Of a DNA stretch of 64,000 bases, positions 27,726 to 39,035 are shown piece after piece. Origin of the DNA: Prasinococcaceae sp. CCMP 1430 (Eukaryota; Plantae; Prasinodermophyta); contig RQSC01000008.1 of assembly GCA_013416795.1 (NCBI GenBank), forward strand, positions 279,582-343,581, read 5' to 3'. The notes under the pieces are model-generated. The model did not search any database. It saw nothing but the letters and a program-made list of their open reading frames with translations, and had not been told where the DNA came from. Both the position numbers and the translations under genes were made by a program. Positions within the stretch are counted from its first letter, which is position 1, and each line of letters begins with the position of its first letter.

Positions 27726-28463
27726 TTACTCGGCCTTTGCCCTCTGCCCGCGCATCCCAGTGTAGCGGTCCATGGCCCGAAGGTGAAAGACCCGCCACTT
27801 GTGCACGCCCGCCTGGCGCATGTCCTCCCAGAGTCGAATGAGGTCAGCCACTAGGCTGATGCGATGCGCGACCGCGAGCTGCACTACGAGCGCGGCGCTC
27901 CTCTTGATCGCGAGAAACCCTCTCCACACTTGCTTGTAGACCATGGGAAAGGTGCTCAGCTCGCGCAGCCCTTGCCGGAGGCTCGGCACCCACAACACAC
28001 ACGACCAGAACAACCCAGTCGCGGAGAATTCCGACAAGTCGGACTTGAGATCCGCGACCGTGCCGCGCACCCACTCGCGCGCGCTGGGCAGGTGCGCGTG
28101 CAGATCGGCAAGCCCGAGCAGCAGGCTGAGGAGCGAAAGCAGCATGACGGCTCGACGTAGGAATGTCCTCAGCCAGGGCCTGTACGGCAGCCCGTATGAA
28201 CCGGCGAGGATGGCCCAGATGGGGACGCCTGTCTCATACAAGCGCAGGAGTCTGCGATCGCCGCGCACCATGGGCTCCAGGACGTCGACGATATTGGCCT
28301 GCTCGTTGGTGAAGAATGCAACGACTGTGGCGCTCCTGATGACGGCAGGGTCGGAGGTGGCATTAGGAGTCGATGACGTACCGCTGTGGCGACGCGCGGG
28401 AGACACTCGCCGAGCGAGCAGCTCGCTCTAGGGGGTGCAAGGGGGGGGGGGGGGGGGGGGCGC

Positions 28464-28518
<55 letters not shown>

Positions 28519-29773
28519 CTAGCGCCGTCAGCACCGCACGGCAGCGGCCATGCCACTAGAGACAAGAAGTTGGCGGGCGGCCGCGAGAGCGCCTCAGAGC
28601 ACGCGCGCAACGGACCCACGACGCCGTCTTCGAGGACTTTTGGGCGAACGAATCGTTTGCGCGCCGCCTGTAGTCCTCGAGCATGTCGGCTGCACTCGCG
28701 TACCGGCGCTGCTCGATTCGTCTGGCCTCCACCGTCAAGCGGCCATCAAGACACAAGGGGTTGGTGTAGTCAAGCCCAACGATTGAGTCGAGAGGGATTT
28801 CGAACACGACCACGAGCTCGCTCTCGCGATTGTCTGGCAGGCGTAAGCGCTCCGTGAGGTCGGCGACCATCTTTCGTGGCGACCAAGGCTGGTGGTCCGA
28901 GCATCTGCCCCCGCGTCTGTTCCGACCCTGCGACGGAACCTCACTGCACGTGCTGCGGTCGCCTTGCTCCTCGCCGCCGCTGTCGAGCTCAGGCCCTCCT
29001 TTGCATGCACCATCCCGGACCACCTGCGCCTCAGTGCTGCACGCGCTCTTCGCCTTTCGTCGCAGGGATGCCTCGCTCCCAGGGCACGCCACGCTCTTCA
29101 CTCGCTGGATTGGCGTCGGCCCCGCCGAGCCCGAAGGCACCAGTGGCAGCGGCGTCCTGCGCCGCGAGCGAGGGGAAAACGGCGAGCCGAGGACTACGCC
29201 GCCCGCGTGGCTCGCCGCTCTGAGGAACGAGCGCGGGCCGGTCGTGACCCTGCCGCTGCTCGCACCGGCGGCTGCGGCCGCCTGCATCGAGTAGTCCGCG
29301 ATGAACAAGACAGCATCCAAATTCGGGGCGGCGCCGACGTATGCAGCTGCTTCGCTCGGACTGCGATGGATACCGACGGAGAAGGACTTGACGCGCCGCA
29401 GCCAAGGCTGTGCCACGAGGGCTTCCCGCCGCGGCGACGACGGGGAGCTCGGCGAGCTCGGCGACGGCGTGCGCGGCGAGCTGTCGTCCGTTGGGGCCTT
29501 CGAGCGATAGCCCGCGTCGCGGCCTCCTTCGCCCAATCCTACAGCGCCGGCCGCCTCGCCCCCGGTTCGCTCCACGCGTGGGCCGCCTTGCTGCTCGCCC
29601 ACGAGCCTCAACTTGGGCACTCTGGCGCGCGCCCCAACCGGCGCGCCTCCCGCTTCGCCCGCGCCGCGCTCATCGCCCGCACCACGGTCGCCGCGCTCGC
29701 CCTCGCGCCGCCCCTCTTCCCCTCCGTCGGCCCCATCCTGGGAGGCGGCAGCGACCTCGGGCGCGCGCGGCAT
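27726..29773 (-). CDS. Hypothetical membrane-associated protein, two coding blocks separated by a poly-C-containing intron
   Basis: ORFs 28556..29773 and 27726..28406 are collinear on the minus strand. The YGLPYRPWLR motif plus TM helix resembles an uncharacterised family seen in plants and algae (recalled, unverified). Confidence 0.6.
28440..28518. repeat. Near-pure poly-G tract (~78 nt)
   Basis: G-run interrupted only by CGCGA. Confidence 0.95.
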
Positions 29774-30130
29774 GGCACGCTCCGGTCGGCGCCGTTCCGG
29801 TCGGCTCCGGACCGACCCCCTCGGCCCTGCGAGAGCAGCAGCACCTTGTCAAGCGACGCGTAGATGCTGCTCCGTGAGCCGCGCTGCGCTCGCGACGCTC
29901 CCTCGCGGCTGGCTCGACGGCGGCGGGCCGCGGCACAGCGCGCGTGCCGGTGCAAGGAGGAAGGGTTGGGATGCGGTGGAGAGGAGGTGTGTGTGTGTGG
30001 GGGGGGGAGGACAGACTCACTCGGTACACAATATGCAACATTTAACGATAAATGGCGCGCCGCGGGCCAGCTTTGCTGCTGGGGCCAGCGGGATCTTCGC
30101 GCTTGTTTGTACTGTACATGTGGTGGTCAA

Positions 30131-32581
30131 TCAGACGCCACCCTTCTCGTGCTTGAGTGCCTTCGCGCTCCCGTACTCCTCGTCCACTTGCGAGGCCGCG
30201 CGCGAGGACCACGCACCTGGCGCGCTCACGAGAGCTGCAAGTCGAGGCGCCAGCCAAACGATGGCCGGGCTCGAGAGCAAGCTCAGACCGCAGATGCCCA
30301 GCCCGAGAAGAAACATCTCGCGCGGAAGAGCACCGGCGTCGGAGAGCTTCCCAAGCAGGACGAACGAAAACTCGCCAGCGTGCGCCAGTGCGCCCGCGGC
30401 GCACACCGCGACGGGCAGCGGCTCTCTCCAGGCGAGCGTCGTGAGGGCCACGATGATCGCCTTGACAATCGTCACCACCAGCGTCGCAATCGTGAGCAGC
30501 AACGCATGGCTTGCCAAGAACCGCGGGGGCATGCACATGCCCACGGCCGTCAGGAAAAGCGCTTGGAAGCAGTCCATGATGGGGCGCATCGCGTCCTCCG
30601 CGAGAGCTGCGACGGCGGGTGTTGATGCTGACGCTGCTGCGCCCGCCATGTACGCGCCGAGCTCGAGCGAGAGGCCCAGCCACTCAGCAGTGCAGGCGAT
30701 TCCCATAGCGAGCCCGAACACAACAACACGATTTCGCGTCGTCTCCGCTGGGGATGTGGCCGGCGCCACGAGGCGCGGGAACACGAATCTGCCGAGGGCA
30801 AGCGTCACCGCTGCAAAGGCGAGCAGCAGGCACACGAGCACTCCCGCAGCTAGCGAAGCCCCGCCAGCGCCCGCGTGCCGTTGTCCAAGCAGCGGCGCGG
30901 CGGCCGCGCAGATTCCCACCAGCATGTCCTGGCCCACCAGAATCCCCACGACGACGGTCCCCGCGCGGCGCGGGAGGGCTCCCGACGGCAGCTCGAGCCC
31001 GACGGAAACCACGGACGTGCTTGACATCGACATCAGCAGCCCGAACGATGCTCCCTGGGCCGGTGGCAGGCCGATGGCGTAGGCGGACGCTCCTCCCAGG
31101 ACGGTGATCCCCACGACCTGCAGAACCGCACCGCCAAGCGCCACACCCTTGACTGCTCCCAGGCGCGCGGGCGAGAAGTCGGCTCCCAGGCAGAACAGTA
31201 GACCCACGACACCGAGCTGAACGACAGTCTCGACCTGGACTAGTTGCTCGACAATTGCAACGCCCCCGGGGCCTACACACGCGCCGGCCACGAGGTAGAG
31301 CGCCGCGGGGGATGACAGCCGCAGGGCAGACGACAGGAGGGCGGCAATCATGGCGGCGAATGCCACCGCCGTAAGCCCACGCAGCAGGACAGAGTCGGAG
31401 TGGAGCTCCAGCGCCCCGCCCGCCGGTCTGCTCAGGGTGTACACATTGCCTTTGCCGTCCACCACCACGCCCGTCGCACCCTTGCCGCCAGCCGGAGCGC
31501 CGTCCTTTGCAGAGCCGCCGAGGCTCTGCACAGCCTCCTTCTCGTCGCGCTCGCTGACTTTCGCCCCAGTGACAGCATTCACAGCGTCCACCGCGGCGTG
31601 CACCAGCCCCGACGCGTCGATCTTGTCGCTCTCTGCCACGCGCACCATCGTTTCGGTCTGCATGTTCTCCTGGTCGGGCCCACAGTCGGTCGAGTTAGAG
31701 CCTGCAGGATCGCAGGCCGCGGCCGGCATCGATGCCCGCGCCTTCGAGCCTGCTTCGCCTGCGTCCTCTTTTGTGGTCTTGGGGCTCGCGGCCGTTTTGG
31801 ACGAGGGCATGAGCGCCTCGATGTCGCCGATGATGCCCGCGTACTTGGGTGTCCGCTCCTCCTCGTCGACGCTCGCCTCTGCGGCAGCCTCGCCTTCGGC
31901 TTCGGCCGCGGCCTTCTGGGAGGCGACATTGCTGGCGTTCGCGGCCGACGCCGCGGCCTCGAAGACGGTCTCCGCCCCCGATGGGTCCAGCTCCCCGCCG
32001 ACGCCCTTGAATTCGGTGCGAAGACCAGAGATCGCCTTCTGGCCGATCGAGCCACTCCTGGCGGCCTCTTCGTCCACCGTCCGTGCCTCGGCCGGCGGGG
32101 GTGGTGGCGGTCCCGTCGCCTCGCCTGCACCGGTCTCCACTTGCCCGGAGGTGTCGGATGGCTTGCTCGTCCGTCCGTGCGGAACAATGCCGTCCTTCAG
32201 GCGATGCAGCATGGCGGAGAAGCCGCCTTTGGAGCTCTTCGTGGGCGCGCCGTCCTCGGCCGCCGGTGGGGGCGTAGGCGGCGGCGGCGGTGGCGGCGAC
32301 GGCGGTGGCAGCGACGGCGCGTCTACATGGCGTTCGCCGAACACTGCTCCAACTACGCGGTCGAATAGCTTCGACGGGCCGCTCTTGTCCCGGCGAGCCT
32401 GCACGTCGAGCACATTCCTGCGCGCGTGCGCGGCGCCTGCAGCCGCCGCCGGCGCTGCGGCCCGCAGCAGCAGCGCGAACACAGCGGCGAGGAGCAGAGC
32501 AGGCCGCGCTCGCGCCCGTAGCGCCCGCGCCCGTAGCGCCCGCCGATGCCGCTCATGGGGCTGCCCCTCGCCTCCCTCCAT
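30131..32581 (-). CDS. K+ efflux antiporter, KEA4/5/6 type (CPA2), with signal peptide and long N-terminal luminal region
   Basis: NVYTLSRP...YLVAGACVGPGG...VQVETVVQLGVVGLLFCLGADFS, MSMSSTSVV, GILVGQD, GEFSFVLL; signal-like ALLLAAVFALLL after ATG 32581. Confidence 0.9.
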   Translation of the reverse strand: MEGGEGQPHERHRRALRARALRARARPALLLAAVFALLLRAAAPAAAAGAAHARRNVLDVQARRDKSGPSKLFDRVVGAVFGERHVDAPSLPPPSPPPPPPPTPPPAAEDGAPTKSSKGGFSAMLHRLKDGIVPHGRTSKPSDTSGQVETGAGEATGPPPPPPAEARTVDEEAARSGSIGQKAISGLRTEFKGVGGELDPSGAETVFEAAASAANASNVASQKAAAEAEGEAAAEASVDEEERTPKYAGIIGDIEALMPSSKTAASPKTTKEDAGEAGSKARASMPAAACDPAGSNSTDCGPDQENMQTETMVRVAESDKIDASGLVHAAVDAVNAVTGAKVSERDEKEAVQSLGGSAKDGAPAGGKGATGVVVDGKGNVYTLSRPAGGALELHSDSVLLRGLTAVAFAAMIAALLSSALRLSSPAALYLVAGACVGPGGVAIVEQLVQVETVVQLGVVGLLFCLGADFSPARLGAVKGVALGGAVLQVVGITVLGGASAYAIGLPPAQGASFGLLMSMSSTSVVSVGLELPSGALPRRAGTVVVGILVGQDMLVGICAAAAPLLGQRHAGAGGASLAAGVLVCLLLAFAAVTLALGRFVFPRLVAPATSPAETTRNRVVVFGLAMGIACTAEWLGLSLELGAYMAGAAASASTPAVAALAEDAMRPIMDCFQALFLTAVGMCMPPRFLASHALLLTIATLVVTIVKAIIVALTTLAWREPLPVAVCAAGALAHAGEFSFVLLGKLSDAGALPREMFLLGLGICGLSLLSSPAIVWLAPRLAALVSAPGAWSSRAASQVDEEYGSAKALKHEKGGV

Positions 32582-32620
32582 CCCGCGCGCCTTCCAGCGG
32601 TCCGTGCGAGGGGCGGCGGG

Positions 32621-34977
32621 ATGGAGCCGCGCCCGCGCCCGCGCCCGCACGCCGCCCGCGCGCGCGCCGCCCGGCAGCGCACCGCCCCGCCCCGCCCGCG
32701 GTGGAACTCGGAACTTCAACTCAAACTCAAACTCAAACTCAAACTCAAACTCAAACTCGAGAGCCAGGCCAAACAGAGCCCCAGCCGGTGGTCGAGCACA
32801 AGTACTGTTGAAATTTATAAATCGAATATACAAACGGGAGAGTCATCGCCTGTGGCAGGCGGCAGCGCGCGCCGCGAGCGCGTGTGTGCGGGCCGAGGGC
32901 TTCGGGAGGCCACAGCGCGCACCAGCGCGGCAGAGAAGGGGGACCGGCCGCCGCGGGCGCCGAGGTGGGCGCGGGCCGGCCGCTGGTGACGCTGCGCGGC
33001 GTGTCCAAGTCGCACGATGGGGAGCGCCAGCTGTGGGACGCCTTCGACTTCACGCTGTGCGAGGGCATGCGCGTGGCGCTCGTGGGCGAGAACGGCAGCG
33101 GAAAGAGCACCATGCTGCGCATCATCGGCGGGCGCGATGCGGCCGACGCGGGCGCTGTTGACGTGGCCGCGGCCGCGCAGGTGTGCTACCTCCCGCAGAC
33201 GCCGGAGTTCGACCCCGGGGAGAGCGTCATGGGCGCGGTAATGGGCTCGAGCACGCCCGCCACTGATGCATGGTCGGCCTACCAGGCGGCGGCGGCCGCG
33301 GGTGACGCGGACGCGCTCGCCGTGGCGGCGGGACGCATGGACGAGCTGGGCGCCTGGGATGCCGAGGCGCGCGCGGCAGCTGCGCTCGAGGACCTTGGTG
33401 TGCTGCATCTCGCCGAGGAGCCGGTGGGCGCGCTCAGCGGGGGGCAGCAGAAGCGCGTCGCGCTGGCGGCAGCGCTCCAGGCCGCAGAGGATGCCGCGGC
33501 GCCGGTGCTCGTTCTCGACGAGCCCACCAACCACCTCGACGTGGAGGGCATCGAGTGGCTCGAGGCGCGACTCCGGCGCACGCCGTCACTCGCGCTGTTG
33601 CTTGTCACGCACGACAAGCAGATGCTGGAGCGGACTTGCGATCACATTTTGGAGCTAGACCAGGGGGGCGCCGCGTACATGCACGCAGGGTGCGACTATG
33701 CCGCTTTCCTGCGACGCCGAGAGGAGCGCATCAGCGCCGAGGCTGCCGCGGCGGGGCGCGCCAAGACACTCCTCCGCACCGAGACCGAGTGGATGCGGCG
33801 CCAGCCGAAAGCGCGCGAATCCAAGAGCCGCGCTCGCGAGGCACGCTTCTACGACCTCGTCGAGGCGGCGAACAAGCGCCGCGTCGAGCGCGAGGTGGAC
33901 CTCGGCAAGGGCCGCGCCGGGCGCCTGGGGAGCACGCTGGTCGCGCTGGAGGACGTCAGCGCCGAATGGAAGGGCGAGGTGCTTTTCGAGCGCGTCAGCT
34001 ACGAGTTCGGGAGGCGCGAGAGGCTCGGCATAGTTGGCCCCAATGGTGCGGGCAAGAGCACCCTGCTGCGTGCCATCGCCGGCGAGGAGGCCCACGGCGG
34101 TGAGATCACGCGCGGCGAGACGGTTGCGGTGGGGCACTACGCGCAGATGACTCCCGATATCCCCGCGGAGACGCAGCTCATCGAGTGGGTACTCGATCAG
34201 CTCGACCTCGAGGGCGCCAGCTCGCTCTCCCAGGACCAGGCCCGTGTGCGCGATACGGAGCTGATGCTGCGCCGCTTCGGCTTTCGGCGGCAGCAGTGCT
34301 ACGCACCCGCCAAGGGGCTGTCGGGCGGCGAGCGCCGTCGGGCGTACTTGGTGTCCGTGCTGCTGAAGAAGCCCAATCTGCTGTTGCTGGATGAGCCCAC
34401 CAATGACCTCGATTTGGCGACGATCGCCTGCCTGGAGGACTACGTGGAAAATTTCGAGGGCATGGTGGTCATGACGAGCCACGACCGCGCCTTCATGCAG
34501 CAGTGCGCCGACACGCTGCTGGTGCTCGGCGGTAGCGGCCGGGGCAAGCGCGCACGGGTGTGGGAGGGCTCCTTCAATGAGTACGCAGTCGCGGCGAGGG
34601 AAGAGGCGGCGGCAGCGGCGGCAGAGCGAGCGGCGGGTGAGGGCTCAATCTCCGCGGCCGGGTCGAAGGCGGCTGGCGGGCGGACGGCGGGGGGTGATGG
34701 CAGCGACGGGCACGAGGCGCCCGTGGAGCTCACCAAGGCCGAGAAGCAGGCGGCGTACGAGGCGCAAAAGCGCGTTGCGCAGGCCGGAAAGAGGATAAAG
34801 ACCATTGCCGCCAAGCTCGAGTCGCTCGAGGAGGCGCAGCTGGAGGTGGCCGCCGAGATGGAAGCCTGCGGTGCAGACGCGGGAGCGCTGGCCGAGATCA
34901 CGCCGCGCGCCGAGGAGCTCCAGGCCAAGGTGGACGCTCTCTACCTTGAGTGGGAGGAGCTTGAGGAGCTCGCGTAA
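32621..34977 (+). CDS. ABC-F family ATPase (Uup-like) with probable transit peptide; inferred intron 32701..32858
   Basis: Two ABC cassettes (GENGSGKST/LSGGQQKR/LDEPTNHLD; GPNGAGKST/LSGGERRR/LDEPTNDLD), linker WMRRQPKARESK and C-terminal coiled coil. A GT..CAG intron puts ATG 32621 in frame. Confidence 0.9.
32713..32758. repeat. (AAACTC)n hexamer repeat, about 7 units
   Basis: Directly visible; lies in the inferred first intron of the ABC-F gene. Confidence 0.93.
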
Positions 34978-35567
34978 CGAAGTACCGCGTTCGTGTCCAG
35001 TGCCGGCACTGCAGGGCCCGACAGAGCGGCGCGCGGTGCCTCGCGCGGGCGCAGACAGGCGGGGCGGCATTGTATTACGGTTTATCTCAATTATTAGGGT
35101 TTCGAGTGAAACGCGCGCCGCAGCGGCGAAACGGCGCGTTCCTCTCAGATTTCTGATCATACCATCGATGGGACTGTACTGTGTCTCCCTCTCAGATGCT
35201 GCCGCGCAGGCGGGGCGAAGAGACTTTGCGCATCCCCCCCAGCGCCACGCGCGCGCCACAAGGCGTGCGGGCGCCCCCACGAGGCACCCAGCGAGGGAAC
35301 GGGGCGGGGGTGGTTGGGTTGGCCTGGGGGCGGAAGGGGGGCGCGCACCGTGCTCCGCAGCCCCGCGCGCCTCGACAGGCGTGGGGAGGTCGCGCGCGCA
35401 CAGGAGTGTACGCGCGCTCCGGCTCGAACACCCGCGCGTGGAGCGCTCGAGACGCCGTGCCCGTGCGCGTGCGCCTACTCGCGCACGGCGCTCGCGCACG
35501 ATAACGGGGCACGGGAGGAGAGGAAACGCTGCTCTATGTTCGACAGCGGCGCGTTGAGTGGGTGAGG

Positions 35568-35838
35568 ATGCCCGCCATCACCATTTCGCTGGAATCATCC
35601 TCGAGCGACGAGGGTGAACAGCAGCTGCGCGACGACGAGGCGTTCGCGCGGCGACTGCAGGCTGAGGAGGATGCCGCGTACGCGGCGGAGCTTCAAGGCG
35701 CTGATGCCCCCGCGGGGATTCTTCCCTTTGGACTCTTCCCATCTGCCAGCGCGTTACAGCCAAAGAGCGCGGACGAGGCACGTGGCGGAACTGGCCCGTC
35801 TGAATCGACGGCGGCCGAGGACGATGCGCGCAGTGCAC

Positions 35839-35869
<31 letters not shown>

Positions 35870-36519
35870 TGGGCCTGCACCTGAGCCCCAGCCGCAGCCG
35901 CAAGAGGGGGAACAGGAGGTAGCAGGCGCAGACTCGGACTGCCTGGTACTGGAGTGGGCGACAGGCGGATGCGAAGACGACGTCGTTGAGATTGCAAAGC
36001 CCGAGACATCGGAGACTTGCGAGGACAGCCACGGTGACTCCGACCTCCAAATCACAGGCAGGGCGGGACTCGCCGTGATCCGCGACTGCCCTCACCAACG
36101 CTTTTGTTGCGAGGTCGAGCCGTTCACGAAGGGTGCGTCGCATCAGCCTGCGCGCGCTGGGACACTTTTGTCCGAGCGGATCGTGCGACTCCTCTGACAC
36201 CGAAGCCGAGCGCTGCGCTTGCCTCTGCTGCCTCGAAGGAAACGAGCACGCCTTTTGCCCCAATTGCTATTGCGTCAAGTGTCAAGTCCCTGCAAGCGAG
36301 TGCAAGGAGTGGGCAGAACACGCAACGATCGCGAAGAAGAAGAAGCCGTTGAAGACGTACAGAACAGATCGACAACTGCTCCGCGAGTCGCGAGCCTATG
36401 GCATCGGCGCGGACACGGCCGAGCGCTCGAAACGAGCTCGAAAGGCCCCTGGTCGGTACGACCCCAACGTCGACGGGCTGAGCGACCGCCAGCGCAATGC
36501 GCGCGCGCGCAATTTGTAG
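35568..36519 (+). CDS. Protein with acidic DxxxAxxLQxEE motifs and a Cys/His-rich putative Zn-binding domain; intron 36133..36238
   Basis: DDEAFARRLQAEEDAAYAAELQ; the spliced product reads DCPHQRFCC..PF..GNEHAFCPNCYCVKC..PASECKEWAEH; GTGCGT donor with in-frame AAG acceptor. Confidence 0.72.
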
Positions 36520-37256
36520 AGTGTGTACACGAACTCACGAGCCATTGACTGCTCTTGCAAGGCAGAGCCACACGCCGGTCGTATAAATTTTGTGCTGGCG
36601 TTTTGTAACCTCTCTCCGTGTGCTCGCCCTCGAGCGCTGCGTGCCGGCGCCGCGCTCCGGTCTGGAGGCGCTCGAGGCGCTTGACCTTCCCCCGGGCGCG
36701 CGCGTCTGTTTGAGCGTTGGCAGCTGCGACAGCATGTGTGTGCAGCGTGCTCGTCGCCGGGGCGTGCGTGGCCGGCCGCATGGTGCTGCCGGTCGGTACG
36801 GGCGGCATGCCAAATGCGTCACATCACTGTTTCTTCGCAATTTTTGACTTCTCTGAGGCGCAGAAAGGAGGGAAGAAAAATCAGAAGGCGGACAAAACAT
36901 AGATCAAAATTCATGTGATTTGGTCTAGGTCAAGTTGAATGATACTCCCTCCCGTCGCATCAACGCGCGCAGGCGAGCGAGCGAGCCCGCACTCGTCGCC
37001 TGCCTGCTACCACTGCGCGCGTCCGGGACGCGCGGCAGGCGCACGCGCGCGTGCGCGCCATAAGCGCGCGCCCTCGAGCGCCATCCCGCCGGCACCTCCT
37101 GTCGGCCTGCTGCCAGCGTGCTCGCCTGCCTGGCGCCACCGCCGGCGTCGCATCGGCCGTTTACGGACGCGCGGGCACGACGCAGCGCGCCGCGCGCCGC
37201 GCGCGCGCACGCTGTCAGTCGACTGCGCGCGCTCTGGGGCGGCGCAGCGCGGCGCG

Positions 37257-39035
37257 ATGTCTGCAGACGCCGGCGATCTCGGTCGCAGCGGAGGTGGCAA
37301 CGAGCGTGCTCGCGAACAGCTGTTCTTCCCACCGTTGGCGCAGCAGCGCACCGAGCTGCTCGCGCGAGTCCTCCGCCGCAGCGGCGCAACTGCGGTGGTG
37401 GACCTCGGCTGCGGCGAGCGCGCGTCGACGCTGCGCCGCCTCGCAACGGGCAGCGTGCGAGGGGAGCGCCGCACTGACGAGCAAATGAGAGCAGCGCGCG
37501 CGGCGCGCGATGGCGCCGAGCCATTCAAATTCGCGCCGCCACCGTTTCGCTCCCTGCGGCTCGCTGAGCTGTTGGGTGTCGAGCTGCGTGAACAGGCGGC
37601 CGAGCAGGCAGTGGAGGCAATCAAGACCCGCTCGGCCGCGCTGGCAGAAAAGGCGCCACGCACACGCATCTACCTAGGAGACATGCTTGACGCCCCACCG
37701 CCCGAGCTGCGCGACATCATCCGCGGGGAGAACGACGATGGTGGCGCCAACGGCCTGGTGTGGGCGAGTGAGGTCGTGGAACACCTCGACCCAGAGCCAC
37801 TCGACCGGTTTCCTGCCGCACTTCTCGGCGGTCACCCGCAAGTCGCCGTTGTGACCACGCCAAACGCGGACTACAACGTGCACCTGCCCGGAGTTCGACG
37901 TCCGTGCGATGGCGCCGAGCGTCCTTTTCGTGACCCCGACCACAGGTTCGAGTGGACGCGCGCACAATTCCAGGAATGGGCGAAGGCTGCGGCATTCACT
38001 CATGGCTACGAGGTTGAGTTCGCCGGCGTAGGATCGCTCCCCAACAGCGACCTGCTCAAGGCCCTGAAGAAGCGCCTGCACCAGTCGCTCGCGCTCTTCT
38101 ACTCCGCTAGCACTTTAGACATCGAGCGCCCGAAACCGGAGGGTCTGCCGCCCGGCGCGGGTGCCCTGCGTCACCTCTTACACGAGGGTAGCGACGCGTC
38201 GATGCCGCCATTGGAGGAAGGACTCACGCTCGACGAGCTCGAAGCAGATGTCGATGCTGCACTCGGGGCATTGTCGACATCTGTCATTTTCGACTCGCTG
38301 AGCACCTTGCTGCTTGCGCAGACTGGCCCGAAATTCGAGCAGCTGAGAGCAGCGGTCGAGTCCGATGGGTTCGGCTTGCGGCACGTGCGCTTCGTCGTAA
38401 GCTGGAGGCAGCTCGAAAAGGCGACTGGGTTGCAGGGGCCCAAGGACAGATGCAGCTTGCATGCAAAGAACGCGTCTGCGTGCATCCAAGTGTGTCGAAA
38501 CGATTCAACTTGGTGCACCGTGAGCATGGGCAAGCTCAAGCTGGGCGGAACCTCATCAGCCACTCGGGCAGCGTCCAAACATGCAACCGAGTCGGGATGC
38601 GCAGGAGAAGGGGGCGAAGGACAAGACCGCGCGCTGGTCACTTGCGGTGACGATGCCAGCGACGGTGAGCGGGGTTGCACGCGTTGTCGGTGCCTGTGGT
38701 CTCAGGGCAAGCGCCTTGACTGCTGGAACTGCTCAAAAGATAGCGCAGCACGTCTTGGGTGGAAGGCCGGATGGATTACGGAGATTTGCCGCCCGGCACA
38801 GCAAGTGGAAGGATTCTGCACACAAGTGGCCGTTTTCTATCGACGCAGCGATGGCGATAACTTCGACGATGTTCGCGGTAACACGCACGCGGAACTCGAC
38901 AGCAGGAAAGGATGGACGCTTGTATGGGATGCAGGCTCTTCACATGAGCGAATGGAGGCGGCCGCTAAGCGAAGGGCTGAGAGAGAGTTGTTCGGGCCCG
39001 CAAAACGGTATCGAAGGAGCGAAGGAGATCCGTAA
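37257..39035 (+). CDS. HEN1: HEN1-family small RNA 3'-terminal 2'-O-methyltransferase (compact form, no dsRBDs)
   Basis: FFPPLAQQR (FxPP), VVDLGCGE (SAM binding), EVVEH (metal ligands), TTPNADYN, FRDPDHRFEWTRAQFQEW, GYEVEFAGVG and GFCTQVAVF. Confidence 0.93.
   Translation: MSADAGDLGRSGGGNERAREQLFFPPLAQQRTELLARVLRRSGATAVVDLGCGERASTLRRLATGSVRGERRTDEQMRAARAARDGAEPFKFAPPPFRSLRLAELLGVELREQAAEQAVEAIKTRSAALAEKAPRTRIYLGDMLDAPPPELRDIIRGENDDGGANGLVWASEVVEHLDPEPLDRFPAALLGGHPQVAVVTTPNADYNVHLPGVRRPCDGAERPFRDPDHRFEWTRAQFQEWAKAAAFTHGYEVEFAGVGSLPNSDLLKALKKRLHQSLALFYSASTLDIERPKPEGLPPGAGALRHLLHEGSDASMPPLEEGLTLDELEADVDAALGALSTSVIFDSLSTLLLAQTGPKFEQLRAAVESDGFGLRHVRFVVSWRQLEKATGLQGPKDRCSLHAKNASACIQVCRNDSTWCTVSMGKLKLGGTSSATRAASKHATESGCAGEGGEGQDRALVTCGDDASDGERGCTRCRCLWSQGKRLDCWNCSKDSAARLGWKAGWITEICRPAQQVEGFCTQVAVFYRRSDGDNFDDVRGNTHAELDSRKGWTLVWDAGSSHERMEAAAKRRAERELFGPAKRYRRSEGDP

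Noticed and set aside
38030-38810. HEN1 insertion as an intein
   Set aside because: No terminal His-Asn followed by Cys/Ser/Thr and no recognisable splicing or homing-endonuclease blocks.
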